From Okamejei kenojei (taxonomy: Eukaryota), in assembly GCA_035221665.1 (NCBI GenBank), contig CM069147.1, positions 25,482,001 through 25,546,000 of the forward strand: a stretch of 64,000 nucleotides of DNA, written 5' to 3'. Position numbers and translations under genes: made by a program. The notes beneath the pieces were generated by a model. That model was given only the letters and a program-made list of their open reading frames with translations. It did no database searches and was not told the DNA's origin. Positions 41,101 through 52,475 of this stretch are shown here, in pieces; positions within the stretch are counted from its first letter, which is position 1; the number at the start of each line of letters is the position of its first letter.

Positions 41101-44100
41101 TCTTCCAACCCCTCCTCTCTGAAGCCCTCTGGCCCCCACGCCCGAGCCTGCTTCTGCACCTCTGCTCGCCCCTGACCTCAGCCGTCACCCCTGTCATGTT
41201 TTCAACACCCCCTGGCCTCCTTTGCGATACCACCGGCCAGTCCTCGACAATTAGTGCTACATCCTACACCCGTGTAGAACTCAACTTCACCACTAATTTC
41301 CACCCTGCCCTCAAATTCATATGAATCTCTGATACCACTCTATCCTTCCTTTCTGTCTCTCCATTCGCTCCACCAGCCACCGCAATCCTAAACATCATCT
41401 TCGGACATTTCCGACGCCTCCAACCTGATCCCATTATTAACCACATATTTACATCTCCATGCCTTGCCGACTTTTGCCGACTGTTCCTCCACAACTATGG
41501 TTCATTCATCCCTTTAAACCCAGACCACCCCATCCCGAGGTACTTTCTCTACTACTGCAGGAGATGTAACACCTGTCTCTGTACCTTCTTCCTCGCCACT
41601 ATGCACGGACTCCGACAGTCTTTCCAGGTTGGACAGTAGTTCACATGCACCTTCTCTAATCTTATCTACTGCATCCGATGGTTTGGATGCGGGGTGCTGT
41701 ACAATAGTGTGAAAAGCTGTGGATTTTGCGGCCATTTAGCTGAGCATGCTCAGATCTACTGGATCTCCCATTAGCTAAGTATTTTAATTCCTTTTTTATT
41801 CCTACACTGACCTTTCTGTCCGAGGACCTGCCTTGCACAGAGTGGCGAAAGCAAATTCGACCAGCAACACGTCATATTTCACTTGTATGGCATACAAGCC
41901 AGCGGCATGAACGTTGAATTCTCTAATTTTAGTAATGTCCACAAACACTCACCTCCCTCTCCTCTCCCTCGCCCCCGCCCCCTTCCATTTGCCCCCTTTC
42001 ATTTTCTAAATGTCGATTAACCAGTCCCACAATTCGCAACGATGTACCCCCCTTGGGATAACGTCGTTCCTAACCAACAGTTCCTATCAGGGAACCTCCC
42101 TGCGTGGGGTCAAATCGTGCTAATCCCGATTTCTCCTGTTTCTTGCTTCAGCCCCCCCCCCCCCCCCCCCCCCCCACCCACACCATCAGTCTGAAGAAGT
42201 GTCCCGACACAAAACGTCACCTCTCCATTTTCTCCAATGATGCTGCCTGACCCGCTGAGCTACGCCAGCATTTTCAGTCTATCCATGAGAACTAACTTGT
42301 TGGTTCTTGCATTAATTGGGGACAGTTAGTGGGGAGAAGACGTCAGTAATGATTCACTGCTGGCCAGCGTCAGTAACATTAACATCTCCTTCAAGATTTG
42401 GTGAACAGGAGATATCCAAATTAATGTATTATGTTCCACAATTTTCTGTTTCCTAACGGTCAATATTCCACAAAGTTCACTTAAGATCTATTTATTTCAC
42501 TCCTAATCGCGCCATAAATCGAAATTGTTGGCTCTTTGCCGCCTTCCACGCGGTTCTGGTGAAATCCATTGAGTGAACATTTGAAATATCTTGCTTTGTT
42601 TTCCTGCAAAGTCTACTTTGAAATAACTCAATTAAATATAAACATTTGGTCATCGGTTTAACCTCCCACAGCTGTCGAGGGTTTATCTGCTTCTCTAATC
42701 GCTGGAAGTATCGGAGGTGCAGTGTTAATTTTAATGTTCATCGTTATCGTCGTGATGACAATTATATTTAGAGGTATGTTTCTCATCCATTTTTTTAACA
42801 TTGTCTTCCCAGTATAACATTATAATATAATAGTATTTGGTAATCGTCACAATAAAGGAAATGAAACATTTGCACGGGCAAAAATTATGATTATAATAAA
42901 CAGCACCGACTTAACGAAGATATTCAATTTTGCCTGCGACTAATGTTTGATGATCACATATTTTGAATTCTATGTTTTATTTCGAAACATCATTACATAG
43001 CAGCCAGCATTTAATTGTACCTATTGGTCAAGATCTGCACATCTGTGAACATCTGTGAATTTTGCGTCCATCGATCATCCGTTCACACTAGCTCTACGTT
43101 AACCTACTTTCGCATCCACTCAATACAGTGGGGGCAATTTGCAGAGGTCAATTAACCACACATCCGCACATTCTTGGAATGTGGGTGTATACTGGAGCAA
43201 CGGGTGAAACGGACGTGGTCACAGGGAGAACGTGCCTCAAACTCCGCATTTTCCTGCTGCACCACTGTGTCGTCCAACATTTTGGAAAAAGCGTGGCAGA
43301 AACAACGAGGTTTAAGCCTTCGTGCATATGTAGTGAAGCCGTATATAGTGAAATTCGATCGTGGAATTATCACATGATATTACGTTCTTGGCGTGCTAAC
43401 AGGTCACCACGTCGCACGGACATTTATCACTATTTTGTTTTTCCGAGCAGGTGCAAAGAAGCGTACAGTAAATACAAATCGGACACAAAGTTGGGTAAGG
43501 CTTATTTAATAAATGACTATTCAATTTGTGAAAGTTGAGACAGGATTGTGCCTTTGTTGAAACCAAGCTGTTTTAATAAAGACCACGTCTTATTCTGTTT
43601 GAACATTCCCAGTCAGTAAAGTTCACAGTACATTACAAAGGAGGACATAAAGAACAATACAAAATGCATTTACAGGAGTTCTCATTTATGATATATATCA
43701 TAAGTATTGTTTACACCAGGTGTAGTGAAAGGAATATTTTCATTGCACCTTACAGCTTTTGTCCAGCCTCAGGCGAGATTCCGGAGTACTGGAGAGTGGC
43801 CATGTTGTTTCTTTGTTTAAGAAGGGAAGTGAATGGAATCCAAGGCTCAGCCAGTTGGATATAAATATAGGTCGGTTAACCACACGTTAGTGGTTGGGAA
43901 CCGATTGGAAAGACTTCTTCAAGAGAGGATCTACAGACATTTGGAAGAGAATGGACGAATTGGCGATAGCCAGCACGGCCTAACATGTTTTACTGATGTA
44001 ATTGAGTTTTCTGAACAGATGACAAAGGAGATTGATGAAGGCTGGGCAGTAGCTGCTGCAAACACGAATCTAAGGAAGGCTTGTGATAAAGTCCCTCGTG

Positions 44101-45726
44101 ATAGGTTGATCCAAAAGATCAAGATATGCAGGATCCACTGTAACGTGGTGATATTAATTCAGAACTGGCTTCTTCAGAGCGACAGAGGTTGGTCGAAGGA
44201 AGATCTACCCGAAGGTCTGTGATCAGTGGAATTCCACAATGACCTCTGTTATTTGTGATATATATAAATTACGTAGACATAAATCTAGATGGGTTGTTCA
44301 GTAAATTTGATGAACAGCAGAACAGGAGGAGTTGCAGACAGCGAGAAGGGTTGTCAGAAGATACAGACGGTTATAGATAATCGACAAAAGTGGGTGGACA
44401 AATGGCAGATGGAGCATGATGGAGTATAACCCGAGCAGTCTGAGCTGTTGCACTTTAGGGTGGCGCATGTAAGGATAATGTCAATATGCTAAAGTGAATT
44501 GATGTGCAGGGAGGTCATGGAATCCAAGTTCATAGCTCACTGAAGACGGCAGCATGAAGAGATAGGCTGGTGAAGATGGCGTATGATATGTTTGCCTTCA
44601 TTGCTGCGGCATTGAATATAAAAGTCAATAAATCATGATACAGCTCTCTAAGACTATGGTTAAGCCCCATTTGGAGTTTTCCGTGCGGTTCTGGTAGCCT
44701 CATTACAGAAAGCCTTTGGGGAGGGTGCAGAAGAGGTTTACCAGAAGCGCTTGGATTAGAGAGGGTGAACGAAGGGGTTGTATAAACTTGGATAGTTTTT
44801 TGCTGGAAATTCGGGGCATGAGGGCAGAATTGATAGAATGAAAGGCATAGATAGGGTAGACCGTCAGAACCTTTTCCACAAAATCGAAATGTCCAATGCT
44901 AGAGGGTATAGCTATAAGGTGTGTGGGAGAATATTTGACGGATGTATACGGGGTAAGTTCTTTACATAGCTATTGTTGTTTGCCTGGAAGGCATTACCGG
45001 GAGTGGTGGTGGAGGCAGACACAATAGTTGCGTTTAAGAGGCATTTAGATGGACATATGCACAATGGAAAAAGGGATATGGATCATGTACAGATAGATCA
45101 GTTTAACGTGGCATCGTATTCAGCACAAACATTTTGGGCCGAAGGGCGTGTTCCTATGCTGTACTGTTCTATGTTCCATATTATGTGCAGTTATCATTTT
45201 GATCTGTCCAATTGCCCCACAGTCGATTAGACTCTGGAAATTGGTCTTCGTGCGAGAAGTCATTCGACACAAAACGAAAAATATTCGTCCCTCGTTTATT
45301 CTTGCAAGTGCATTTCACGCAAAAGCTTCATTTGTGGTATAATTAATTTTAAAATGTTCATGAATTTCCAGGAAGAAGGTGAGAACGTTAGTGGCAATCT
45401 GATGTACGCCCATTTGGATCTTGTTCGCAGCAAAGAATATGGGAAACCTGAAGAGCACGTGGAGAGGCCTGTGTATGCAAAGGTAAAGTACGTTTCACGC
45501 ATTCACTCTACACATTTGAGAATACAGATACGTCTTACTCGGAAAAATTAGACGTTTTCTTGTCCAATTAACAATAGCAAACATTTGTGCACAGATCGCA
45601 ATTATGGCTGCTGCTGAGAACGAACTGGCATACGCTCCCTTGAACACGTCAAGCTCGAAAAATATTTTGAAACGGCAAAATAAAGAAATAAGTGTAATAT
45701 ATAGCGCGGTGAAAAATAACAACTAA
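38058..45726 (+). CDS. Gene A, spliced: SIRP-alpha-like inhibitory IgSF receptor (leader-V-C1-TM-4 Tyr motifs), 353 aa. join(38058..38112,38406..38717,39389..39694,42672..42773,43451..43494,45372..45482,45595..45726)
   Basis: All introns are GT-AG with compatible phases (1,1,1,1,0,0). The joined CDS is 1062 nt with no internal stop and shows recognisable V, C1, TM and ITIM modules. Confidence 0.85.
38406..38717 (+). CDS. Gene A exon 2, Ig V-set domain with in-exon J-like G strand
   Basis: ttgacag| acceptor, G|gtgagc donor. FTCRC, VFWWKDG, LHLLNVTVSDAGTYNC, AEGTREQLVVY. Confidence 0.92.
39389..39694 (+). CDS. Gene A exon 3, Ig C1-set domain (absent from the ORF track)
   Basis: ctttacttag| acceptor, G|gtaacg donor, 306 nt. 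VPSPLKIVSV...IQCRTAAFYPKEFNLTWHRNG...DGLYEVISSL...VYTCKMIHRSM. Confidence 0.92.
40300..40900 (-). mobile_element. Penelope-like retroelement fragment
   Basis: Minus-strand translation PELLLEYIDNYAGATSCTRAEL resembles the PLE RT YIDD region. Related to 58255-58340. Confidence 0.65.
41230..42285 (+). mobile_element. Penelope-like retroelement fragment (RT C-terminus, GIY-YIG remnant, terminal repeat)
   Basis: NFHPALKF, FTCTFSNLIYCIR and a terminal ctgaagaag...aaacgtcac segment. Confidence 0.65.
42672..42773 (+). CDS. Gene A exon 4, transmembrane: AVEGLSASLIAGSIGGAVLILMFIVIVVMTIIFR
   Basis: cctcccacag| acceptor, G|gtatgt donor, phase 1-1, long uncharged hydrophobic stretch. Confidence 0.9.
43451..43494 (+). 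CDS. Gene A exon 5, juxtamembrane: GAKKRTVNTNRTQSW
   Basis: tttttccgagcag| acceptor, TGG|gtaagg donor, phase 1-0, basic stop-transfer residues. Confidence 0.75.
43755..45175 (+). mobile_element. Old degenerate CR1 LINE in gene A intron 5
   Basis: YRSVNHTLVVG, DSQHGL, RKACDKVPRDRL and WQME remnants, plus a CR1 3' tail (gttctatgtt). Confidence 0.8.
45372..45482 (+). CDS. Gene A exon 6, cytoplasmic, LMYAHL and PVYAK|I
   Basis: aatttccag| acceptor, AAG|gtaaag donor, 111 nt, phase 0-0. Confidence 0.88.
45595..45726 (+). CDS. Gene A exon 7, cytoplasmic, LAYAPL and VIYSAV, stop TAA
   Basis: ttgtgcacag|ATC. IAIMAAAENELAYAPLNTSSSKNILKRQNKEISVIYSAVKNNN*; aligns with the gene B terminal exon. Confidence 0.85.
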   Translation: MAIMAAAENELAYAPLNTSSSKNILKRQNKEISVIYSAVKNNN

Positions 45727-47320
45727 ATTCGTCAGGCTATATGGCAGCGAATCGAAAATATGTCTGTTAATCTGGAAATGATTTGTTCGCCAATTTGATT
45801 CTAATCATAGTCCTCGAATCGTGGTATCATTGTGTCATACAACATGGACCAAACTTGGGCCAAACTTCATGCCGTCCAATATGCCCCAATAATCACACCT
45901 ACCCGCGTTTGACCCATATCCCTCTAAACATGTCCTAACTATGTACCTATCCAAATATCCAATACATGCTGTTATAGTATCTGACTCAACTTGTTGCAGA
46001 CACCCGCTATGTTAAAGCAGTGCCCGTCAGTTTTTTAAAATTAAATCTCTCTCCTCTCACCTTCAACATATATCCTCTTTTCATTCCCGTGCTGTGGGTA
46101 AAATACTCTGTGGATTCGTCCTATCTATTCCCAAAATGTATTTCTTTACTTTCATTGCCGCGGACATACCTTTTAATGTATCGTGAAGTTATAATAGGCA
46201 CGTTTCCTTCTTGATTGAGGGGGCTCACACAGCATGGCTAACTTAGTATTGGTCTGAGACCATCTCATTGTTATTACAATTCCACTATTCCCCATTAATT
46301 ATGTTTACGTTCGAATGCGCGAGTTGGCTTTCCGAATTCCAGTTATTGCTTTATTAAGTTTGGTGCATGTGGTTATCAATTGATTATTTTCTTTCATACC
46401 AAATAATTATTTCAAGATTCCAATTAGTGAATGTTAGTGAATTCGATATTTTATACATCCCTAAGCCCTCAATCGCTTGTAGTTTTCACATTTTAATCAT
46501 TTTTATTTCACTGGATTACTCTCGTCAACCTGCCAGCACATGCGAATTTCGAGCCGTGATATTAGAGATATCCTTATCACCTCTTCGTTTAATCCACTAA
46601 TAAGCTAAGGAATTTTAGGCATCAGGTGTCCTTAGTTCCCCATTGCAGGACTCTTAGATATCAAAATGGAATATGGTGAAATATTCTGGGACTCAATTCT
46701 CTTTGCAACCATTAGGTTTTTTTATTTTTTGCAGGGGTGGACTTATATGCATGTGGTCGTGAACATCGTCTCTGAGTGTACATTATTAATATCTTGTAGT
46801 GGAACCAAACTGGCCTGTATTCTCCATTAGAAAGATACTCAAGATTTGGAATCATCAAAAACGCTCAGCAAACTAGGCAGCATGTGTGGAAAGTGAAATA
46901 GCTTTAATGTTTCACGTCGGAGATTGTTCCATTGGAACTGGAAAAGAGAAATTGAAAGATATATTTCCAAGTTGCTGGACGGTGGCAATCCACCCCTCTT
47001 GCAACCTTTTCCGACACCGACATTTACCTTGTTATCTTTATTTCCCAGTTGCGGCAGAACTTCGTGGTTGAAACATGGACCGCTTCTCTTTCCAGGCATG
47101 TTAGCAAACGAAATGAATGTATATTATTTTTGAATTCACATCTTTAACATTTGTATATTTGATTTTGAATTTAAGAAAATCTGCATATCATATACTATTT
47201 TAAATGATAATCATGTTGTTCCTTACAACAGTGGAATGAATGTTTGGAATATTTGGTTTTCTATTTGAATCAAACATTCTGTAATGTACATCGTGACTTC
47301 TAAGCAAATCATGTTTTCAG

Positions 47321-47326
47321 AATAAA
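47321..47326 (+). promoter_or_regulatory. Candidate polyadenylation signal of gene A
   Basis: AATAAA at the end of an AU-rich stretch about 1.6 kb after the stop, just before a repeat-dense region. Confidence 0.4.
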
Positions 47327-47569
47327 ATATTTGCTATCCTTTATCGAAACCTAATTTTGGAGGACACCCTAGCATTTTCCTTGTCAATTAATCAAAACAT
47401 ATATGTCAAAATTATGCAGCGAGATTTGTTTCGGAGATATGATTACAGGTCAAAAGTTCACAAGAGGCATATTCACAACAAGATTATTTATGACGCTGCA
47501 AAAAACCCAACCGCAATGTCCTTACCAATGGAAAAGTATTAGATAGCCGGGAGTCACAGAAATACACAA

Positions 47570-48069
47570 CAAGAAAAGGCCAATCTAATTGGCATTGACC
47601 ATCGGCGTCTTTGTCATATTCCTTCACTGAGACGATTTTATTTCCCCCAGTTTCAGGACAAAGACACTCACCGCCCACTCCCCGCCTCGACACATAATCA
47701 CACAAACACTTTGTACTTCTCGACCACCGACTGTTGACAAACGACCAAACTTTGAGCGAGTAGACTGGTGCATATCCATGGATACCGCAGCTAACCTGAA
47801 TGACTACGTCACTCCTGTGACTGACTTCATCAGCAAGTGCACAGAATATTGTGTGCAGACGAAGACAATCCGTGTGTTCCCCAACCCGATACCATGGATG
47901 TTTCCGGAATGTTAACGCGAGGTACAATCACAGGTGAGGGCAGGTATCTTGCATACAAGTCAAGCGACCCCGAGCAGTACAAGAAGGCCTGCTAATAATC
48001 GCTATAAAAACATGGGAGGGACACAATTTGGGGGACACACAATTTCTTGGTGGCCGCGCGCACACACAC

Positions 48070-48107
<38 letters not shown>

Positions 48108-50225
48108 GCGCGCGCGCGCGAGGCTTTGGAGGCCTCAGCCGTGGGTCCTGTGGACCAAAGATATGATCTTTGCTGTAGGCTGTAACATAGGGAGCTGACC
48201 TAGTTGGTGACCGAACGCCAGCAACAGCAGCTTCGTCCGCCCCGAATCGTGGGGCTTGGATCGGCCCGTTCGCGGGATCTTTCATCGCCCGGTGCGGCTT
48301 AAAATCGGCCGGCAGGGGCTTCAACATCCCCTCGATCAGTCTCGATCGCCTTGACGCAGCAATTTGATTTTAAGCCGCGCCGGGCGATGAAAGGACCCGC
48401 GAACGGGCTGATTCAGGCTGATGCCCGCTTGAATCTTTCAAACGCTAGAATGGAACACAATGTGATAAATAACACTTAAACAAATAAAACTGAAGCAAAT
48501 AAAGGCAAATAGAAGAACCAACCTTGGAGGGGGGAGAGAGAGAGAGATGGGGGGAAAACGGAAATAATAGTGACGTGAATGAGGGATTTACCTGCAAGCC
48601 AGCCAGGAAACCCGTTCGACCGGAGCCGTTAATAACCTGACCCATTTAATCCAATGCCCATTTTCCCCATCCACCAATACATCCAATTAGTTCAAATAGT
48701 AATTGTACCCGCTTCGGACTTTAAGAAATTCTCCATGAATACCTTCAGTAATACTTGAAGGTCAAACTACAATTGCTGACACATCATGTTAATACGATAT
48801 TAATAGAGATATTTAACAAGCGCTGAACCCCCACTGTCTCGCGGAAAGTGGAGATTTTAATTCGTTTTTTTTCACCGAATTGCAAAATCCGGATTACCAA
48901 ACATGGCGGGATTGTCTCCCATCTCTCAAAACATGGGATGGACGTGTCCCCACCCCCACCAGGATTTCCGCCCATGCCTGCTATCATCTGCGCAAACCCA
49001 TCAAGGATGCCAAGAGGCAATACCGGGACAAACATTTATCGAAGTATAATCACTCGAACACACAGATGATGTGGCATGGTCTGGAAAACTAGGTCAGGCA
49101 ATATCATTGGTGATAGTGCGACCTTACTCAATGAACTGAATGCTCGCCTTTCAAACTCCAATGTGCCTCTCCCCAGGGTGACTGTATCAGAGGTTAGATC
49201 AGCCTTCCTGATGGTAAACTCACAAAAAGCAACTGGACCAGACGGAGTTCCTGGCACTGTCCTTAGTCGCTGCCCGGACCAGCTAGTGGAGTGTCTATCT
49301 ATTCCGTTGTGAAATACCCACCATTGTGAGCCGGGTATCAAATAATGATGAGACAGAGTGCAGGAATGAGATTAAGAACTTTGTGTCCTGGTGTGGAGAC
49401 AATAAGTTTTAGACAACAGAGATTAGGTGTAGGAGTATGCCATTTGGCCCTTCGAGCCAGCACCGCCATTCAATGGGATCATGGCTGATCACCCCCAGTC
49501 AGTACCCCGTTCCTACCTTCTCCCCATATCCCCTGACTCCGCTATGTTTCAGAGCCCTATCTAGCACTCTCTTGAAACCATTCAGAGAATCTGCCTCCAC
49601 CTGAGGCAGAGAATTCCACAGACAACGGCACTCAACGTCAGCAATATAGCGATCGACTTCAGGAAGCAAAGTGGTACACATAGTTTGCATTGATGGTGTC
49701 GAAGTAGAGAAAGTCGAAAACTTTGAATTCCTCGGAGTCAATGTCACCAACAACTTCTCATTGACCACCATATTGAAGCAACGAGCAAGAAGGTACACCA
49801 ACGCTTTTGCTTCCTTAGAAGGCTTAGGAAGTTTGGAATGCCCCCTACATCCCTCACCAACTTTTACGGATGGAGCATAGAAACCATTTTATCAGCATGC
49901 AGCACAGTTTGGTTTGCAGCTCCATGCAGGACTATAAGAAATTGCAGCGAATTGTGGATGCAGCCCATACCATCACACAATCCAACCCTTCTATTGATTC
50001 CATTTATACTTAACGCTGCCTTGGCAAGGCCAGCAATGACGAGTCGCACCCTGACCACCCCCTTCTTCTACCCGCTCCCCTTTGCCATGGGCAAAAGGTG
50101 TGAAAACGCACACCACCAAAGTCATGGACATTTTCTTCCCAGCTGAATCAGCCTATCACAACCAGAGAACAGTGCTGAACTATCTATCTCTGATGTCCCT
50201 TGGGCTATCCTTGACCAGACTCCGG
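47570..50225 (+). mobile_element. Fragmented Rex1/Babar-like LINE interrupted by nested insertions (~47995-48976; ~49418-49620 antisense CR1 tail)
   Basis: KATGPDGVPG, VEKVENFEFLGV and IETILSAC remnants. gcctgcta is repeated on both sides of the first insertion. Confidence 0.6.
48055..48120. repeat. (CA)n/(CG)n alternating purine-pyrimidine microsatellite
   Basis: Seen directly. Confidence 0.95.
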
Positions 50226-51520
50226 AGGAGTAAACGGGGGGGGGGGGGGGGGGGGTTATTAAGAAATAAATCAGAAAGGCAACAAGTGGAATGAAACAAT
50301 ATTTGCAGAGAAGATTTGGGAAACTCCAAAAAGAATGTCTATGTATATTAAAGGAAATAGGCTGATTAACGAGAACATAAGTCCCTTCAAATAACAAATG
50401 TTATGTCTATGCTTGGAGCTGTATGAGATAGGCGAAATGCTCAATGAAAGTTTTTCCTCAGTGGTGTGTTTAATGTTTTGCCTTTATTTGAGAAGGGCTG
50501 CAGAAAGAAAACTTGGGAACTATAGACCAGTAAGCTTGACGTTACGGGAGACACTATGGCAGAATACGATTTACAGCATTTGCAAAGGTAGGCATGCATT
50601 ATGGACAGTTAGCATAGCTTGTGTGTGGGAGTATGTGTCTCACGAACCTGGTTGAGTTTGGTGATTATTTATCGAAGAAACGAGACGAAGGGAGGTCTAC
50701 ATGGACTTCAGCAAGGCCGTTGACAAGGTTCTGCATGGTAGATCACTCTGCAAAGTTAGATCGCATGGGATTCAGGGAAACATAACCAATTAGATAGGCA
50801 AAACGCCCATGAGAAAATAGTAAGGGCTGATGGTGGAAGAATTTTTCTCGGACTAGAGGCCTAGTGCAAGAGAGGTGTCTCAAGGATCGGAGCAGGGCAC
50901 ATTTTTATTTGTTGTCCACATCATCCATTTGGATAACATGTCTATGGCATTGTTAGTAAGTTTGTTAGTAAGTTTGCAGATGTCACGAAATGAGGTGGCA
51001 TCTTAGCTGTGAAGAAGGTTATCAGGACGAGAGCAGGATTTTGGTCATCTGGGCATGTGGGCGAAGGAATATGTAACATTTTCGCGACGTTTCCTATGTA
51101 TATGAGTGTGCAGGGAAATCAATTTTATGGGTTGCAGTATGTGTAGGTAGATAGCAATTGTACTGCTCATCATGTTCTGTGCAGACATCATGGGCAGCGG
51201 GATCTGACCTTGTGCTGTACACAGTGCTCAAATGTTTTAGTTGAGCCGATGGGACTGCCTCGGTGCTGTATGACTGTGACTCTATGTCAATGTATAAAAG
51301 CAAGTTTCTTGGTGCCCGCACTCGCACGCGCGTGAATTCGGAAACTTCGGCCGTGGGACCTGTGGACGGTAAAATCGGGAGCTGACCGACTCCGAACTCC
51401 AGCAACAACATCTTAGTCAGGGAACCTCACGGGAACCTCTTGGAACCTCACGGAAACTTTGGGTGGGGCACACGGTTCCCAGAGGTTTCCGTTCAGGTTT
51501 CCTAAGTGGGACAGGGGCTT

Positions 51521-52475
51521 TATGCGTCACTTCGCTGTCCGCGGGGCACCAGTCCTGCTGCTCTCTGACAATGCCTCTGACAAATTCTCCAGTCAACTCT
51601 TCATGGGTGTCGCTAAACGCTGGAATTTTCGCCACATTACCAGCAGCCCCGAATACCCGCAGTCCAACGGCCTGGCAAAACGCGCAATAAGAAACGCCAA
51701 ACAGATAATGGAACAGGTACACAGAGCCGGCTCCGATGTTATCTCGACTTGCTAAACCTGTGAAACATCTCCCGCGAACCGATTCTGGGATCCCCTGCCC
51801 AGCACCTCATGTCAAGACAGACTCGCACTACTCTATCTATAGCCAAGCAGATGCTGTAGCCAGAGGTTCATGCACTGGCAGCAGTTCAATCCCAGCTCCA
51901 GCAATGCCGAGATGCTCAGAAGAAACATTCCGACAAGACCAGACCACCACTCCGGCCACTGTCGCTACAGTCCCCGCTTTCGCCCGCGACGCCGACAAGA
52001 CCAGTACCTGCTACTGTTCAATCTCCAGTGAAGGAAAAAAAATGGATACTACGAAAATTAATCCGAAAATTAAAACAATCACCGGCTCTGTCTGAACTGG
52101 GTACGACTTGTTTTATTTTATGCGCTAGCACGATGTATAAGTAAAGTGCAATCACCCTATATTGGTGTTTTATAATATATTCCTCCGTGTTTTTTTTTTA
52201 AATTGTGCATTGCTTCTTTTAGAGGAAGGATGTAGACTAACCATATTAATCCATGCCTATGTAATCTCCGTTACACATATTATGCATGTCACACATTTCA
52301 CCATTTAATCCAGTACGGGTTCATGAGTACTGTACTTTTGTCAGCCTGTCGTTATGCTACTGCAGTTAGAACGTAAGCTGATGTGATGAGCACAGCTGTG
52401 TGTAACGTTCTCTTTATGATCTTAATAAAAGACTAATGTTTCACACCAGATTTTATAATGGATCACTTACAAACA
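51521..52475 (+). mobile_element. Gypsy-type LTR retrotransposon remnant: integrase core, PPT and 3' LTR
   Basis: LLSDNA...HITSSPEYPQSNGLAKRAIR (integrase core). Polypurine tract agaggaagga (52221-52230) is followed immediately by TGT, with AATAAA near 52424. Confidence 0.8.

Noticed and set aside
51219-51250. CACAGTG heptamer (also near 1037) as a recombination signal
   Set aside because: No nonamer at 12- or 23-bp spacing and no adjacent V or J segment.
51420-51457. Short ggaacctc repeats as a CRISPR-like array
   Set aside because: Eukaryotic context and no unique spacers; looks like a MITE subterminal repeat.
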